Shown: positions 9,868 through 19,495, counted from the stretch's first letter. The stretch: 64,000 bases of DNA from Candidatus Methanomethylicia archaeon (GCA_029259155.1 JAPDJI010000006.1:5657-69656); one strand, 5' to 3'. The notes: a model not told the origin generated them from the sequence alone. Translations and numbers: made by a program.

Positions 9868-10149
9868 CCTTAGTTGGGTTAGCTGGGCTTAAGTTAAGAG
9901 TTAGCCTCATTAACAGGCTTGTCGCCTCCGGCTTTCAAGGTGTTGTTGAGGCTCCTAGGTGCTCTCCTAGCTGAGGGCTTAATTGAGCTTGATGCGGCCT
10001 GAGGGGGTGTTTAAGCGAGCTGGCCGCGGTTAAGGGATGCGTCCAACCTCACCGACGCTAGAGGCTTAAGTCGGCTCACTGTTGATAGGGCTTTTCTTGG
10101 AGGGAGGAGGTGTCGGCTACTACGCGCCCGAAGAGGCTTCGCTGGAGCT

Positions 10150-10330
10150 TTAAGTCATGGTTTTAGCTGCGTTCTCAACGTCTAGCTGTAAGGCCTCAGC
10201 TCTCTCAAGGTATCCTCTCGCGAGCTTAGCCCTATATTCGGCCTCCTTTGAAGGATTCAGCTTCAAGCCTTACCCCTGGATGGGCTCAAGCTCTTCGCTT
10301 AGAGACTTAGCTAGGCTCATAGCTGGCGCT
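10150..10330 (-). pseudogene. PaREP1-like gene fragment with an internal stop
   Basis: Minus-strand translation MSLAKSLSEELEPIQG*GLKLNPSKEAEYRAKLARGYLERAEALQ resembles the N-terminal region of PaREP1 family proteins and is interrupted by TAA. Confidence 0.25.
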
Positions 10331-10472
10331 ACGCTGGTAAGAAGACCGTATCCCATGCAACTACCTTAAAAGGCGCTACACCGCGGTGCTGAAGCGATGA
10401 TCGTGCCCAGCTTTTTTGCGAGGACATAACACTTTAAGTTGGTGGGTTAACGTAGGGTTCTTGGGGTAGGCC

Positions 10473-11660
10473 GTGGCTTACGTCTCGTCCGCTCGCCTCG
10501 ACGCTGCACGAAGAATCATGGAGGAGTTCGCCTGCTCGACAGGCCTACTTCCTGAAGGCTATCCACGGCGCTACCTATGGACAGATGCCTTCGCGGTGTT
10601 CAACTTCTTGGAGCTCCATAGGCTTACAGGCGAGGCGCTCTATAAGCAGCTCGCGTTGCGCCTTGTAGAACAGGTTCACCACGTCTTGGGAAAGCATCGC
10701 GGAGACGATGGGCGTAGCGGCTGGATAAGCGGGCTTGAAGACCGTGAGGCTGAGGAACACCCGACGGCCCGCGGCTTAAGGATAGGCAAGAAGCTACCTG
10801 AGCGCGGACCAGACGAGCCTTACGACCCTATCTTGGAGTGGGAGCGCGACGGTCAATACTACCACTACCTCACTAAGTGGATGCTCGCCCTATGCAGGGT
10901 AGCTCAGGCGACAGGCGACGCTAAGTACCTTAGATGCTCCGTGGAGCTAGCCGAGGTAGCACACGCCGCCTTCACTTACACCTCGTCTCTCGATGGCCGC
11001 AAGCACCTATACTGGAAGATGAGTATAGACCTCTCCCGCCCCCTAGTACCTCAGGAAGGTCAGCACGACGCGCTCGACGGCCTCATAACCTACGCTGAGC
11101 TTCAAGCAGCCTCGCCGGCGGGGTCGCTGCACCTAAGGAACCAGGTAACGGATGCTCTAAGCATGTGTAGGGAAAGAGATTGGAGTGAGTGGGTTACTGA
11201 TGACCTGCTCGGCGTAGGTGAGCTCTTAAGCCTCTCCTTCAGGGCGGCGAGGCTAATTCTCGAGGGCATGGACTACTTAGCTGAGCTGCTATACCCTCTG
11301 CTCGAGGCTGCGCACGTTAGCCTTAGAGCTTACCTGTCTAAGGACTTCTTCAACCTTCCAGCCAGCCGTAGGCTCGCCTTCCGCGAGCTCGGCCTCTCGA
11401 TAGGCCTTCACGCCGCTGAGAGGCTTAAAGCCCTGGCCGGGAAGTTACGCGCCCTCCACCATCCATTACTTAAGGACGTAGGAAGGTTTACTTCGATGAA
11501 CGAGGAGATTGAAAGGTTCTGGCTTAACCCAGCAAGCTGGGAGGCTGATACTTGGGTGGAGCACCGGGACATTAACATGGTCATGCTGGCGACGAGCCTA
11601 ATACCCGATGGATACCTCGGTCGACTACCCAGCTCTGTGCAGCGTGAAGATCTACGTTGA
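10473..11660 (+). CDS. Conserved hypothetical protein (395 aa), possibly an all-alpha (alpha/alpha toroid-like) enzyme
   Basis: Long ORF with good codon-usage coherence; no motif I can assign with confidence. Confidence 0.45.
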   Translation: MAYVSSARLDAARRIMEEFACSTGLLPEGYPRRYLWTDAFAVFNFLELHRLTGEALYKQLALRLVEQVHHVLGKHRGDDGRSGWISGLEDREAEEHPTARGLRIGKKLPERGPDEPYDPILEWERDGQYYHYLTKWMLALCRVAQATGDAKYLRCSVELAEVAHAAFTYTSSLDGRKHLYWKMSIDLSRPLVPQEGQHDALDGLITYAELQAASPAGSLHLRNQVTDALSMCRERDWSEWVTDDLLGVGELLSLSFRAARLILEGMDYLAELLYPLLEAAHVSLRAYLSKDFFNLPASRRLAFRELGLSIGLHAAERLKALAGKLRALHHPLLKDVGRFTSMNEEIERFWLNPASWEADTWVEHRDINMVMLATSLIPDGYLGRLPSSVQREDLR

Positions 11661-11972
11661 GTGTGAACTTCATTGAAGAATAGCGGATCAGCAACATACG
11701 TCACAAACCCAGTAAGATTGAATTGGCCGGTTAAAGGGAAGACGCTGGGTGACTGTCTTACGTAAGCTTTGAAGGGAGGCATTGAAAGCGATCGAGAAGT
11801 GCAATAACAATGCTTTTTTATAGCCTGGAGCTTAAAAGAGGATGCGAATATGATGTGAGAGCCTTGAAGTGTTCCGGCTGCGGCGCTTGTATGGACTTAG
11901 GCAAGGGGCCGCCGTTGATGAAGGCGCCAGCCACTTGCGTTAGGGCGAAGAGTAAGTAGGCTGGACGTAGCC

Positions 11973-12362
11973 ATGTACCGGAGGAGGGCTAAGCCACGCA
12001 CGAGGCCCCTAAGCTCCAGGAGCCATGAGTACTGGGACTTCAGGACGGACGTGTTGGTGGTAGCTGAGAAGGACTCGGTTGCTAAGGCCATCGGCCGAGG
12101 ACTGTCAATAAGCGGGCGAAGCTTTCCGATGAAAAATTGTCTACTCAAAGCTTCCATAAAGGCTGAGGGAGGCACTGTGTGGACGACAGGTTTTGATAAA
12201 CATTACAAGCATTTTGAGGTCTCCTTTAGCTTAACTGATGAAGAGACGCTCGTGGAGGCGAGGATTGAACAGCTAGGCGCCTTATTGTCACATGGCAATG
12301 ATGAGAGAGCTCAGCGATGGATAAAGACGATCTTCAACACCATTATTCAAGCATCCTCCTAA
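11973..12362 (+). CDS. Hypothetical protein (129 aa)
   Basis: ORF only. Confidence 0.25.
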   Translation: MYRRRAKPRTRPLSSRSHEYWDFRTDVLVVAEKDSVAKAIGRGLSISGRSFPMKNCLLKASIKAEGGTVWTTGFDKHYKHFEVSFSLTDEETLVEARIEQLGALLSHGNDERAQRWIKTIFNTIIQASS

Positions 12363-12422
12363 CCGTGTTAAACCGATAGAAAACCCGATAAACCCCTATC
12401 TGCCTGATAAGCGCGGCTAAAT

Positions 12423-12692
12423 ATGGCAAAGAAATATGCGCTTATCGTTGCTTTGGGCAAGGACCGTCCAGGCCTCATAGCTGGCTTAGCCTCAGCCGTG
12501 GCTGAGGTGGGAGGTAACATAGAGGATCTGGATGAAGTGGTGATGAAGGGGGTTTTCGTCATGAACCTGCTCATCAGCCTCGAGGGAGATCAGAGAAGCT
12601 TCGAAGAGCTACGCAGCCATATTTTAGAGAAAGGCAAAGAACTGGGGTTAAGGGTGGAGGTTCACGATCCTAAAGAGGAGGGTTGGGTTTAG
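12423..12692 (+). CDS. Standalone ACT-domain protein (89 aa)
   Basis: ALIVALGKDRPGLIAGLASAVAEVGGNIEDL is a canonical ACT N-terminus; it immediately precedes serB, which carries a second ACT domain. Confidence 0.6.
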   Translation: MAKKYALIVALGKDRPGLIAGLASAVAEVGGNIEDLDEVVMKGVFVMNLLISLEGDQRSFEELRSHILEKGKELGLRVEVHDPKEEGWV

Positions 12693-13633
12693 GCTTGAGA
12701 GTTGTGGTTACTGTAGCTGGCTTCGATAGACCTGGTATAGTAGCTGGTATAACCGAAGCTTTGGCATCGCTGAACGCCAACATCGTTAAGGCGAGAGCCT
12801 CCTCCCTTCTAAACCTCTTTGTAATGGTACTTCTGGTCGACCTGGCAGAGGTGAAGGTCCCCTTTAAGGTAGTGGAGGACGTACTCAAGGAAAGAGGCAA
12901 TGAAATAGGTGTAGGCGTATCTATAGAGACGGAAGACGGCTTCCTCAAAGAACGGCGACTCGTGGCATTTGATGCTGACGGTACATTAATAGATGGCGAG
13001 GTCATCGACGAGCTAGCTAAGGAAGCAGGAGTGGAAAAAGAGGTCAAGGAGATCACGAGGAAGGCTATGGAAGGTGAGATAAGCTTCAAGGAAGCCCTTA
13101 AAATGAGGACAGCCTTGCTTAAAGGCCTCCCGATAGACCGGGTCAAGAAGGTAGCTAATAGGATTAAGGTGGTTCCTGGAGCGCAGGAAATGATCTCAAC
13201 GTTAAGGAGCGCAGGCTTCATTACCGTGTTGATAACGGGAGGCTTTGATATAATCGCTGAGGAGGTAGGACGTAAATTAGGGTTTGACTACGTCTTCGCT
13301 AACCGCCTCGTTGTCAAGGACGGTGTACTGACAGGAGAGGTGGAGGGGGGCATCATGGATCCTGAAGATAAATTAAGGGTATTAAAGGAAGTAGCTGAAA
13401 AACATGGAATTAAGCTAGAGGAGTGCGTAGCTATAGGGGATGGGGCCAACGACCTGTTGATAATAAAGAATGTAGGTCTAGGGATAGGCTTCAACCCTAA
13501 ACGTGTGGTTAAGGAACAGGCTAAGGCTCTTGTCGGCATAAAGGACATGAGGGCGGTCTTAGCCCTAATGGGCTTCGGTCAGCTAAAACGAGACATCGAA
13601 GCCAAGGTAAAACAATCCAACGCTAATAGTTAA
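12683..13633 (+). CDS. serB: Phosphoserine phosphatase SerB with N-terminal ACT domain (HAD superfamily)
   Basis: VTVAGFDRPGIVAGITEALA (ACT) followed by the HAD motifs FDADGTL, ...ITGGF, GDGANDL. The real start is probably the TTG/GTG at about 12695-12704. Confidence 0.8.
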   Translation: MGLGLRVVVTVAGFDRPGIVAGITEALASLNANIVKARASSLLNLFVMVLLVDLAEVKVPFKVVEDVLKERGNEIGVGVSIETEDGFLKERRLVAFDADGTLIDGEVIDELAKEAGVEKEVKEITRKAMEGEISFKEALKMRTALLKGLPIDRVKKVANRIKVVPGAQEMISTLRSAGFITVLITGGFDIIAEEVGRKLGFDYVFANRLVVKDGVLTGEVEGGIMDPEDKLRVLKEVAEKHGIKLEECVAIGDGANDLLIIKNVGLGIGFNPKRVVKEQAKALVGIKDMRAVLALMGFGQLKRDIEAKVKQSNANS

Positions 13634-13649
13634 AAAATGAAGTATTAGG

Positions 13650-13937
13650 TCACTTCGATAAGCGTTCTATTAGCTTCTCGATGGGTATAGCGGGCATGGT
13701 TAAAGTATCGATGGTCCCCCTGGCGCCCAGCTCAATAGCTACCTTAGCTACGGTTTCGTTGTCTGGGGCCTCTATGATGTTTACGAAGTCATAAGGGCCA
13801 AGGAGTAAAAACTGACTTAACACCTTTACACCCATAGCCTCTATCTCCTTATTGACCTCAAGGATACGTTTAGGGTTATCCTTCACCGTTTCCCTACCTT
13901 CACTTGTCAGCTTAGTTAACATTACATAAAAAGGCAT
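13650..13937 (-). CDS. GYD-domain protein
   Basis: 95 aa, MPFYVMLTKLTSEGRETVKDNP...LLLGPYDFVNIIEAPDNETVAKV matches GYD family features. Confidence 0.55.
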   Translation of the reverse strand: MPFYVMLTKLTSEGRETVKDNPKRILEVNKEIEAMGVKVLSQFLLLGPYDFVNIIEAPDNETVAKVAIELGARGTIDTLTMPAIPIEKLIERLSK

Positions 13938-13989
13938 GCATACACCCCTGTTCCTAGTTTAAGAAGTCACTCTGTGTTAAGGATTATGT

Positions 13990-15417
13990 CTAGGCTCCTC
14001 CAGTTTTAAAGAGCTCATCTAGTGTTGCTTGGCTTCCTCTACGTTTACGTTTGATCACTGAGAGGAAATCATCGCGTACCGGCCGATAAACCTCGTCGTA
14101 AAAACGTTGTTGATCCAGTAGGGTGGTGCGCGGGAAGTTCCTTAAGTAGTCAAGCGCCGCTTTCCAAGCTTCCTCGTAAGGTATAATGGCCTCTATACGT
14201 TTAGCTATCTGTCTATCGTAGTCGCTAGGCTTCTGCTCCATGTCACCTATGGCGAACCAGCCTCTGGGTGAAAGGTAAGCTCCTTCATCTCCAATCTGCT
14301 CCATTTTCTTCTCGCCGTGCACGTATGTAGTTAACGTGGCGCGGCGTCTAGGTTGAAGGAGGCGGTCTCTGGCGTAGCGTTTAGCCCATGCATAGAAGAC
14401 GGCTCGATTAAGGCCGAAGGACTTTGCCTTCTCGAGATCCCCAGTCACTAAGTAATAGCGGGCAGCTTGTAGGAGGCCCATGACCTGAAACCTACCCAGC
14501 CTACCTGTAGGGGCTTTAAGTCCATGTACGGTGGCTGGTCGAACCTCTTCGGCCTCCACAACAGTTCTAGCTTGCCCTGTCTTAACATAGCCAGGCCAGC
14601 CATCGTAGCCTCCAACCTCTACCAACGCCTTTTCAGCCAGTTTATCCCCTTCTCCTTCCTCGTACTTCCTCCACGAAGGGTCATGTTTAAAGCTCTCAGG
14701 TCTAGCCCAATCCGGATGAAAACTGATCAGCTTATCGGGTTTAAAGCATACGCAGCATAGATCTAGTTTGCGGTGAAGCGATAGGGGGGCGGTGAAAACC
14801 CTCTTCAAGTCGATCTTGTTCTCAACCTTAAGTGGCCTATCGCCTGTCGGAGCTAATGAAGCTATCTTTTTCAGCTCACTCTTAACGGAGCGTAAAACAT
14901 ATTCCACGACGGAGAACGCCACGTCGAGAGGATTATGCTTAGCGAGGAGGTCGGGGGAGAAGGCTCTTTCATGTATATGTACGTGTATGCCTCGACCTGA
15001 CCACTTCAAGAATAAAGATTCCTCTACTCCTTCCTTCTCGAGCTTCGATACTATTGTTTCAGCTGCATCTAAGGCTTGACGCCAGCTTTCAAGGCTTGCG
15101 TCCACGTCCCAGACTGGAGACGTGAATGTTATGTTGAAGGGTTTATCGAGGTCTTCAGCAAGCTCAAGCTTAGCGTAAAGGTTTATAGAGGCATAGAAGG
15201 TTCTAGGCTTAAGCCCCTTGAACCTCTTAATCAGCTTCTCCAAATCCTCAGTTGTATCAATGGTTATGGGTCTCTCTCCTCTCCTCCAGTATCTTAAGAA
15301 AACCCTTCCCTCCTTCTCCTCCCCCTCTAAAGCAACCCAACGCCCCCTACAGTACGACACTACCTCCTCCTTAACTTCAGGCCTAGAGTAGTAGGCTAAG
15401 ACCTCCTCGTAGTCCAA
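13990..15417 (-). CDS. Archaeo-eukaryotic primase (AEP) catalytic subunit, PriS-like, with about 260-aa C-terminal extension
   Basis: AEP motifs I (VWDVDAS), II (KWSGRGIHVHI) and III (KIDLKRVFTAPLSLHRK) are present in order; no zinc-knuckle Cys cluster between motifs I and II. Confidence 0.5.
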   Translation of the reverse strand: MDYEEVLAYYSRPEVKEEVVSYCRGRWVALEGEEKEGRVFLRYWRRGERPITIDTTEDLEKLIKRFKGLKPRTFYASINLYAKLELAEDLDKPFNITFTSPVWDVDASLESWRQALDAAETIVSKLEKEGVEESLFLKWSGRGIHVHIHERAFSPDLLAKHNPLDVAFSVVEYVLRSVKSELKKIASLAPTGDRPLKVENKIDLKRVFTAPLSLHRKLDLCCVCFKPDKLISFHPDWARPESFKHDPSWRKYEEGEGDKLAEKALVEVGGYDGWPGYVKTGQARTVVEAEEVRPATVHGLKAPTGRLGRFQVMGLLQAARYYLVTGDLEKAKSFGLNRAVFYAWAKRYARDRLLQPRRRATLTTYVHGEKKMEQIGDEGAYLSPRGWFAIGDMEQKPSDYDRQIAKRIEAIIPYEEAWKAALDYLRNFPRTTLLDQQRFYDEVYRPVRDDFLSVIKRKRRGSQATLDELFKTGGA

Positions 15418-15504
15418 GCTAGTCGCCTAGAGTAAAAGGAGGCTGCTCAGCCTCTTACATTTTCCTACCTAAAACTAAAAATGGTCCTCTAAGAGACTAT
15501 ACTC

Positions 15505-16296
15505 GTGATCGTATTGCTTTCCAAGTTGAAGGAACTCTCTTCAAAGCTACAAGCTCTCCTAAAGCTAGAATCTCAACCCGTGGCAGTTAAGCTAGTTAAG
15601 GAGTCCTCGGAGATTAAAGGTTTCAAAACTCCGGGCGAGATGAAGGTTAAATTAGCGGTCTGCCAGACCCTAGCCATGTCTTGGAGGTATGGATGGAGCG
15701 TTGCTGTAACTAATGAAGAATGTGCATGTCAGGTTGCTAAAGTTATCTTCGGCTGGTTAAAAGTGGACCTAGAAACTTTCGCGAGCGCTTTCCTTAAGTG
15801 TGGCTTCTTTAAAGATATGTGCGCCGCTATTAAAGGTGTAAAGTCATCTCTAGAGGAATGCAATATCTGCCCCGACAGCTGCTTCGCTGTAGCCTCTACT
15901 CCTATGTCGAAGGCTCCATGGCTCCCAGACGTGGTGTTAATGTACTGTAACCCAGCTCAATCTCAGCTGCTAGCCTTAGGCTACTCTTACATTAACGGGG
16001 ACAGCGTGGAGATAAAGTATTCAGGTAAACACGCATCGTGTGGTTATGCCATCGCTAAAACGTTTAGCTCCAAGAAGCCTGTCCTCGTTCCTCCAGGCGG
16101 AGGGGACAAAGTGTTTGCCGCATGTGACCCAGGCCACGTCATCTTCGCCCTCCCGCCGAGTCTTCTGGAAGGAGTAGTTGAAGGCATTGAACATGTACGG
16201 CAAGCTGGCGTTACTAACTACCCAACTCCTATCTTCTTAAGGTTTGAACCTCAACTTCCTCAACCCTTCAGGGAGCTTGAGAGAGAGGTCGAGTAG
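15505..16296 (+). CDS. DUF169-family (COG2043-like) conserved archaeal protein; ends with TAG
   Basis: 263 aa with multiple conserved Cys; divergent from the AEP gene; 41 nt upstream of the MutS-like gene. Confidence 0.45.
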   Translation: MIVLLSKLKELSSKLQALLKLESQPVAVKLVKESSEIKGFKTPGEMKVKLAVCQTLAMSWRYGWSVAVTNEECACQVAKVIFGWLKVDLETFASAFLKCGFFKDMCAAIKGVKSSLEECNICPDSCFAVASTPMSKAPWLPDVVLMYCNPAQSQLLALGYSYINGDSVEIKYSGKHASCGYAIAKTFSSKKPVLVPPGGGDKVFAACDPGHVIFALPPSLLEGVVEGIEHVRQAGVTNYPTPIFLRFEPQLPQPFRELEREVE

Positions 16297-16337
16297 TTTA
16301 CCCAAGCCTTTTTAGGCTTAGAGCCTAGAGCTTATCG

Positions 16338-18302
16338 ATGTCCTACCCCTCACTAATCCTAGCTCTAGGGGCCAGAGTCCGTAAACTCCCCAGCTTTCAG
16401 CATCCTTTCCTCGAAGACTGTTTAGACCTATGCGACCTAGCCTCAGCCTCTACGCTGCTCAAGATTAGCGTTGAAGAAGCTTCTAGGCTAGCTTTAAGGT
16501 TAAAGGAGGTTAAAGCTAAAGTTAAGCTATCAGATGTGGCTTGCACTAAGGATGCCAGAAAGGTGTTAAAGGAAGTTCTAACAGAAGCGGCTCGCTACCC
16601 TGTTTTGGAGCCAGCTAGGCACAGCCTTCTCCTTACCCTACCTTCCTTGAGCTTAGAGGAGGCTCAAGGAAGGTTAAGGCTAGTGGAGGAGGCGATGAAA
16701 CTACTTAGAGAGATAGACTACGAGGAGGTCAAGGCTAAGCTGCTGCAGGCTTCTTTCGAGCGAGCTAAGCTCCCTATCCTTAACGTGGCTCTTGCTCTGA
16801 CCAGTAAGAAGCTCTATGAAGAAGCTGAGGCTATGTATACACCTTTCATCAAGGTGGAGCTCATAGACTCGGCTGAGAAGGCTAGAAACGTGGTGGAGGA
16901 GAACGATGTAACCCTAACCATGACGCAGCTGCCTGTCGACGAGCCGGGCTTGGTTCCAATAGCTGGGCTTGAAGACATAGAGGTGGTTCCCCATATCATC
17001 GCCTCACTCTACTCTGCTTGGAGAAAGCCTCTTGAAGCCTTTCTTGAACTCGCTGAGATTTACGGCGAGTTCTCAGTCTTCAAAGCTTTTAGAGAGGACA
17101 GCTCGCTGGAACTTGTCAAGGAAGTGGCTCGCCTCATGTCCCTCTACTCCCCTGAGGGGGAGGACATCGAAGAAGCCTTTGGCTGGCTTGAAGCTGAGGT
17201 TAAGTCCTTAGCCAGGAGGGTGTTAAGGGAAGGCGGAGGAGCTGAATCGTTTAAAGAAGGAGCTAGAAGCCTACTAGCTGAGGCTACAGATAGGTTTAAT
17301 CTAAGCTGGAGGGCTCAAAAACTTCTTGAAGAAGCTCTCGAGGAGGTTGAAGCTCCTTACTTTGAGCTACCTAGATATAAGCTGGAGGCTTTGAGAAGCC
17401 TCAACCGCAGGGAGGTTGGTGAGAAGCGTTTCCTTGAAGCTAGAGAGCTGGTTAAGAAGCTCTATAAGGTTAGAGAAAGCGTGAAGCGGTGCTTAAAGTC
17501 CCTGATAGACTTCGACCTTTCGCTGGCGTTGGCTAGGTTCAGCCTTGACTATGATCTAAGGCCTGCTAAGCTCGTTAATAAGCTCGGTTTGGGCTTCATC
17601 AATGCTCGAAACCTAACCCTACTACGTGAAGAAAAGCTGGGTATAGCCAAGGTTCAGCCAGTTTCCTACGCTATAGGAGATACCGAGATCAAGTTGCTGG
17701 GCGCGACTCCACAGCGCGTCGTGCTCTTGACAGGTGCTAATAGCGGTGGTAAGACGACACTCCTCCTCACCATAACCCAGATCCACCTCATGGCATTACT
17801 AGGGCTCCCAGTTCCAGCTGAAAAAGCAGAGGTTCCCTTAATGCCGCTATTCCTCCTGAGACGTAGGACAGCTAAGAGGCTTGGAAGCCTGGAGTATGCT
17901 ATTAGGCGTTTAAGGCTCATCTTCACTAAGCCTGGACCCAAACTAGTCCTCATAGACGAGTTCGAGGCTCTCACGGAGCCTGGAGCCATGGGGAGGATGA
18001 TGGCTGCCCTCCTTAACAACCTCCCTCGCCGCTCGTTAACGGTATTCGTTACCCACCTCTCCAGGGAAATAATCCCTCACCTACGCGTCCCATTTAGGGT
18101 GGATGGAATAGAGGCTAAGGGTTTGGACGAACGGGGCGAACTTATCGTAGATCGACAGCCTCTATTTAACCACGTAGGCGCAAGCACCCCTGAGCTAATT
18201 GTAAGCAAGCTCCAACACGAAACTGCCAGTAGGAGGTTGAGGAGGCTCTATGAGAGCATGTTGGCAAGCTTGAGACAGGAACCTCTAAAACCTTTAATCT
18301 AG
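16338..18302 (+). CDS. MutS-family ATPase (MutS2-like domain V) with long N-terminal helical region; ends with TAG
   Basis: Walker A LLTGANSGGKTTLL and Walker B region LVLIDEFEALTEPGAMGRMMAAL matching the MutS2 D-E...T-D/E-P pattern. Confidence 0.7.
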   Translation: MSYPSLILALGARVRKLPSFQHPFLEDCLDLCDLASASTLLKISVEEASRLALRLKEVKAKVKLSDVACTKDARKVLKEVLTEAARYPVLEPARHSLLLTLPSLSLEEAQGRLRLVEEAMKLLREIDYEEVKAKLLQASFERAKLPILNVALALTSKKLYEEAEAMYTPFIKVELIDSAEKARNVVEENDVTLTMTQLPVDEPGLVPIAGLEDIEVVPHIIASLYSAWRKPLEAFLELAEIYGEFSVFKAFREDSSLELVKEVARLMSLYSPEGEDIEEAFGWLEAEVKSLARRVLREGGGAESFKEGARSLLAEATDRFNLSWRAQKLLEEALEEVEAPYFELPRYKLEALRSLNRREVGEKRFLEARELVKKLYKVRESVKRCLKSLIDFDLSLALARFSLDYDLRPAKLVNKLGLGFINARNLTLLREEKLGIAKVQPVSYAIGDTEIKLLGATPQRVVLLTGANSGGKTTLLLTITQIHLMALLGLPVPAEKAEVPLMPLFLLRRRTAKRLGSLEYAIRRLRLIFTKPGPKLVLIDEFEALTEPGAMGRMMAALLNNLPRRSLTVFVTHLSREIIPHLRVPFRVDGIEAKGLDERGELIVDRQPLFNHVGASTPELIVSKLQHETASRRLRRLYESMLASLRQEPLKPLI

Positions 18303-19495
18303 CCTCGGCTGGCTTGAAGACTCCACAAAGCTAGAAGGAGCATGGCGACGGTGCTGAGGGAGGCAGCGAACATGAAAGCGTAGGATGGGCTAACCAGCTC
18401 CCACAAGGCTCCAGCTATAAGGTTGCCTACTATTATGGTCAGTCCCGTAAGGGCATGGTAGATACCTAAGCCTGTTCCTTTAAGCTCACCGCACACGTCA
18501 GCTACGAGGGCTCTCTCTACGCCCTCCACGCTGGCGTAGGCTAAGCCGTACAGCGCGAAGAGCATGACCATCCACCAAGACACTGAAGCATAAATGAACA
18601 ACGAAAAGGTGAAGGCGAACATTGCATACCCTACTGCTAGGACTCTGCTCTTCCCAACTCTGTCAGCTAAGGTCCCCATGGGATAGGAGAATACGGCGTA
18701 CACCACGTTAAAGAATACGTATAGCAGTAGGGGGGCAGCTGTCGATGCCCATCCTTCAAAGAGTAAGCTGACCCTTAACAGGGGGAACATGTAGCTGAGG
18801 TTTCCAGCCGCAAACAAGGTAGTGATGGGTAGAAGAAGTTTAAACCGTTTAGGTAGATTTCTCAGCGATAAGATGAAACCTCTAGTCGTTACGTAGTGTA
18901 CGGTTTCTTTAACGAAATAGAGAGGTATGAGGGCCATGAAGGCTATAACTCCGGCCATCAAAAAGAATGATCTAAAATCCATGTTAACCAAGCTAAGTAG
19001 GACGAAGGCTACTATCGACCCTATGACAGCCCCAGCTGTGTCCAGGGCTCGGTGAAGACCAAAAGCCCTACCTCTCCAACTTTCAATTGCAGACTCAGCG
19101 ATGAGGGCATCTCTAGGAGGAGTCCTGATACCTTTACCCGCCTTCTCCGCTACCCTTAATCCTAACACGTGCTGCCAGCTTCCAACTAAGGTCAAACCCA
19201 TCTTTGAGATAGATGAGGTCAAGTAGCCTAATGCTACGAGAATTTTACGCCTACCTAACCTATCTGACGCATAGCCAGCCGTTAACCTGAGTATGCTTGC
19301 TATGCCGTCGCCGAGGCCACCGATTAATCCTATAGCTAAGCCTCCTCCGCCTAGCGAGGCTATGAAAAGTGGAAGGGCGGGCATGATCATTTCACTGCTC
19401 ACATCGGTGATGAAGCTGACTGCCCCTAAGAGAGCAACGTTCAGCCCCAAAGCGCCGATCGCGCCTTTCTTACCCGACATCATGCGCATCGTCAA
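18299..19495 (-). CDS. MFS transporter
   Basis: 398 aa, about 12 TM, motif GYASDRLGRRKILV typical of MFS loop 2-3. Confidence 0.75.
   Translation of the reverse strand: MTMRMMSGKKGAIGALGLNVALLGAVSFITDVSSEMIMPALPLFIASLGGGGLAIGLIGGLGDGIASILRLTAGYASDRLGRRKILVALGYLTSSISKMGLTLVGSWQHVLGLRVAEKAGKGIRTPPRDALIAESAIESWRGRAFGLHRALDTAGAVIGSIVAFVLLSLVNMDFRSFFLMAGVIAFMALIPLYFVKETVHYVTTRGFILSLRNLPKRFKLLLPITTLFAAGNLSYMFPLLRVSLLFEGWASTAAPLLLYVFFNVVYAVFSYPMGTLADRVGKSRVLAVGYAMFAFTFSLFIYASVSWWMVMLFALYGLAYASVEGVERALVADVCGELKGTGLGIYHALTGLTIIVGNLIAGALWELVSPSYAFMFAASLSTVAMLLLALWSLQASRG

Noticed and set aside
12683-12692. Programmed or erroneous frameshift joining the ACT ORF and serB
   Set aside because: serB has its own plausible TTG/GTG start a few nt after the ACT ORF stop, and both ACT domains are complete. 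A two-gene arrangement is sufficient.
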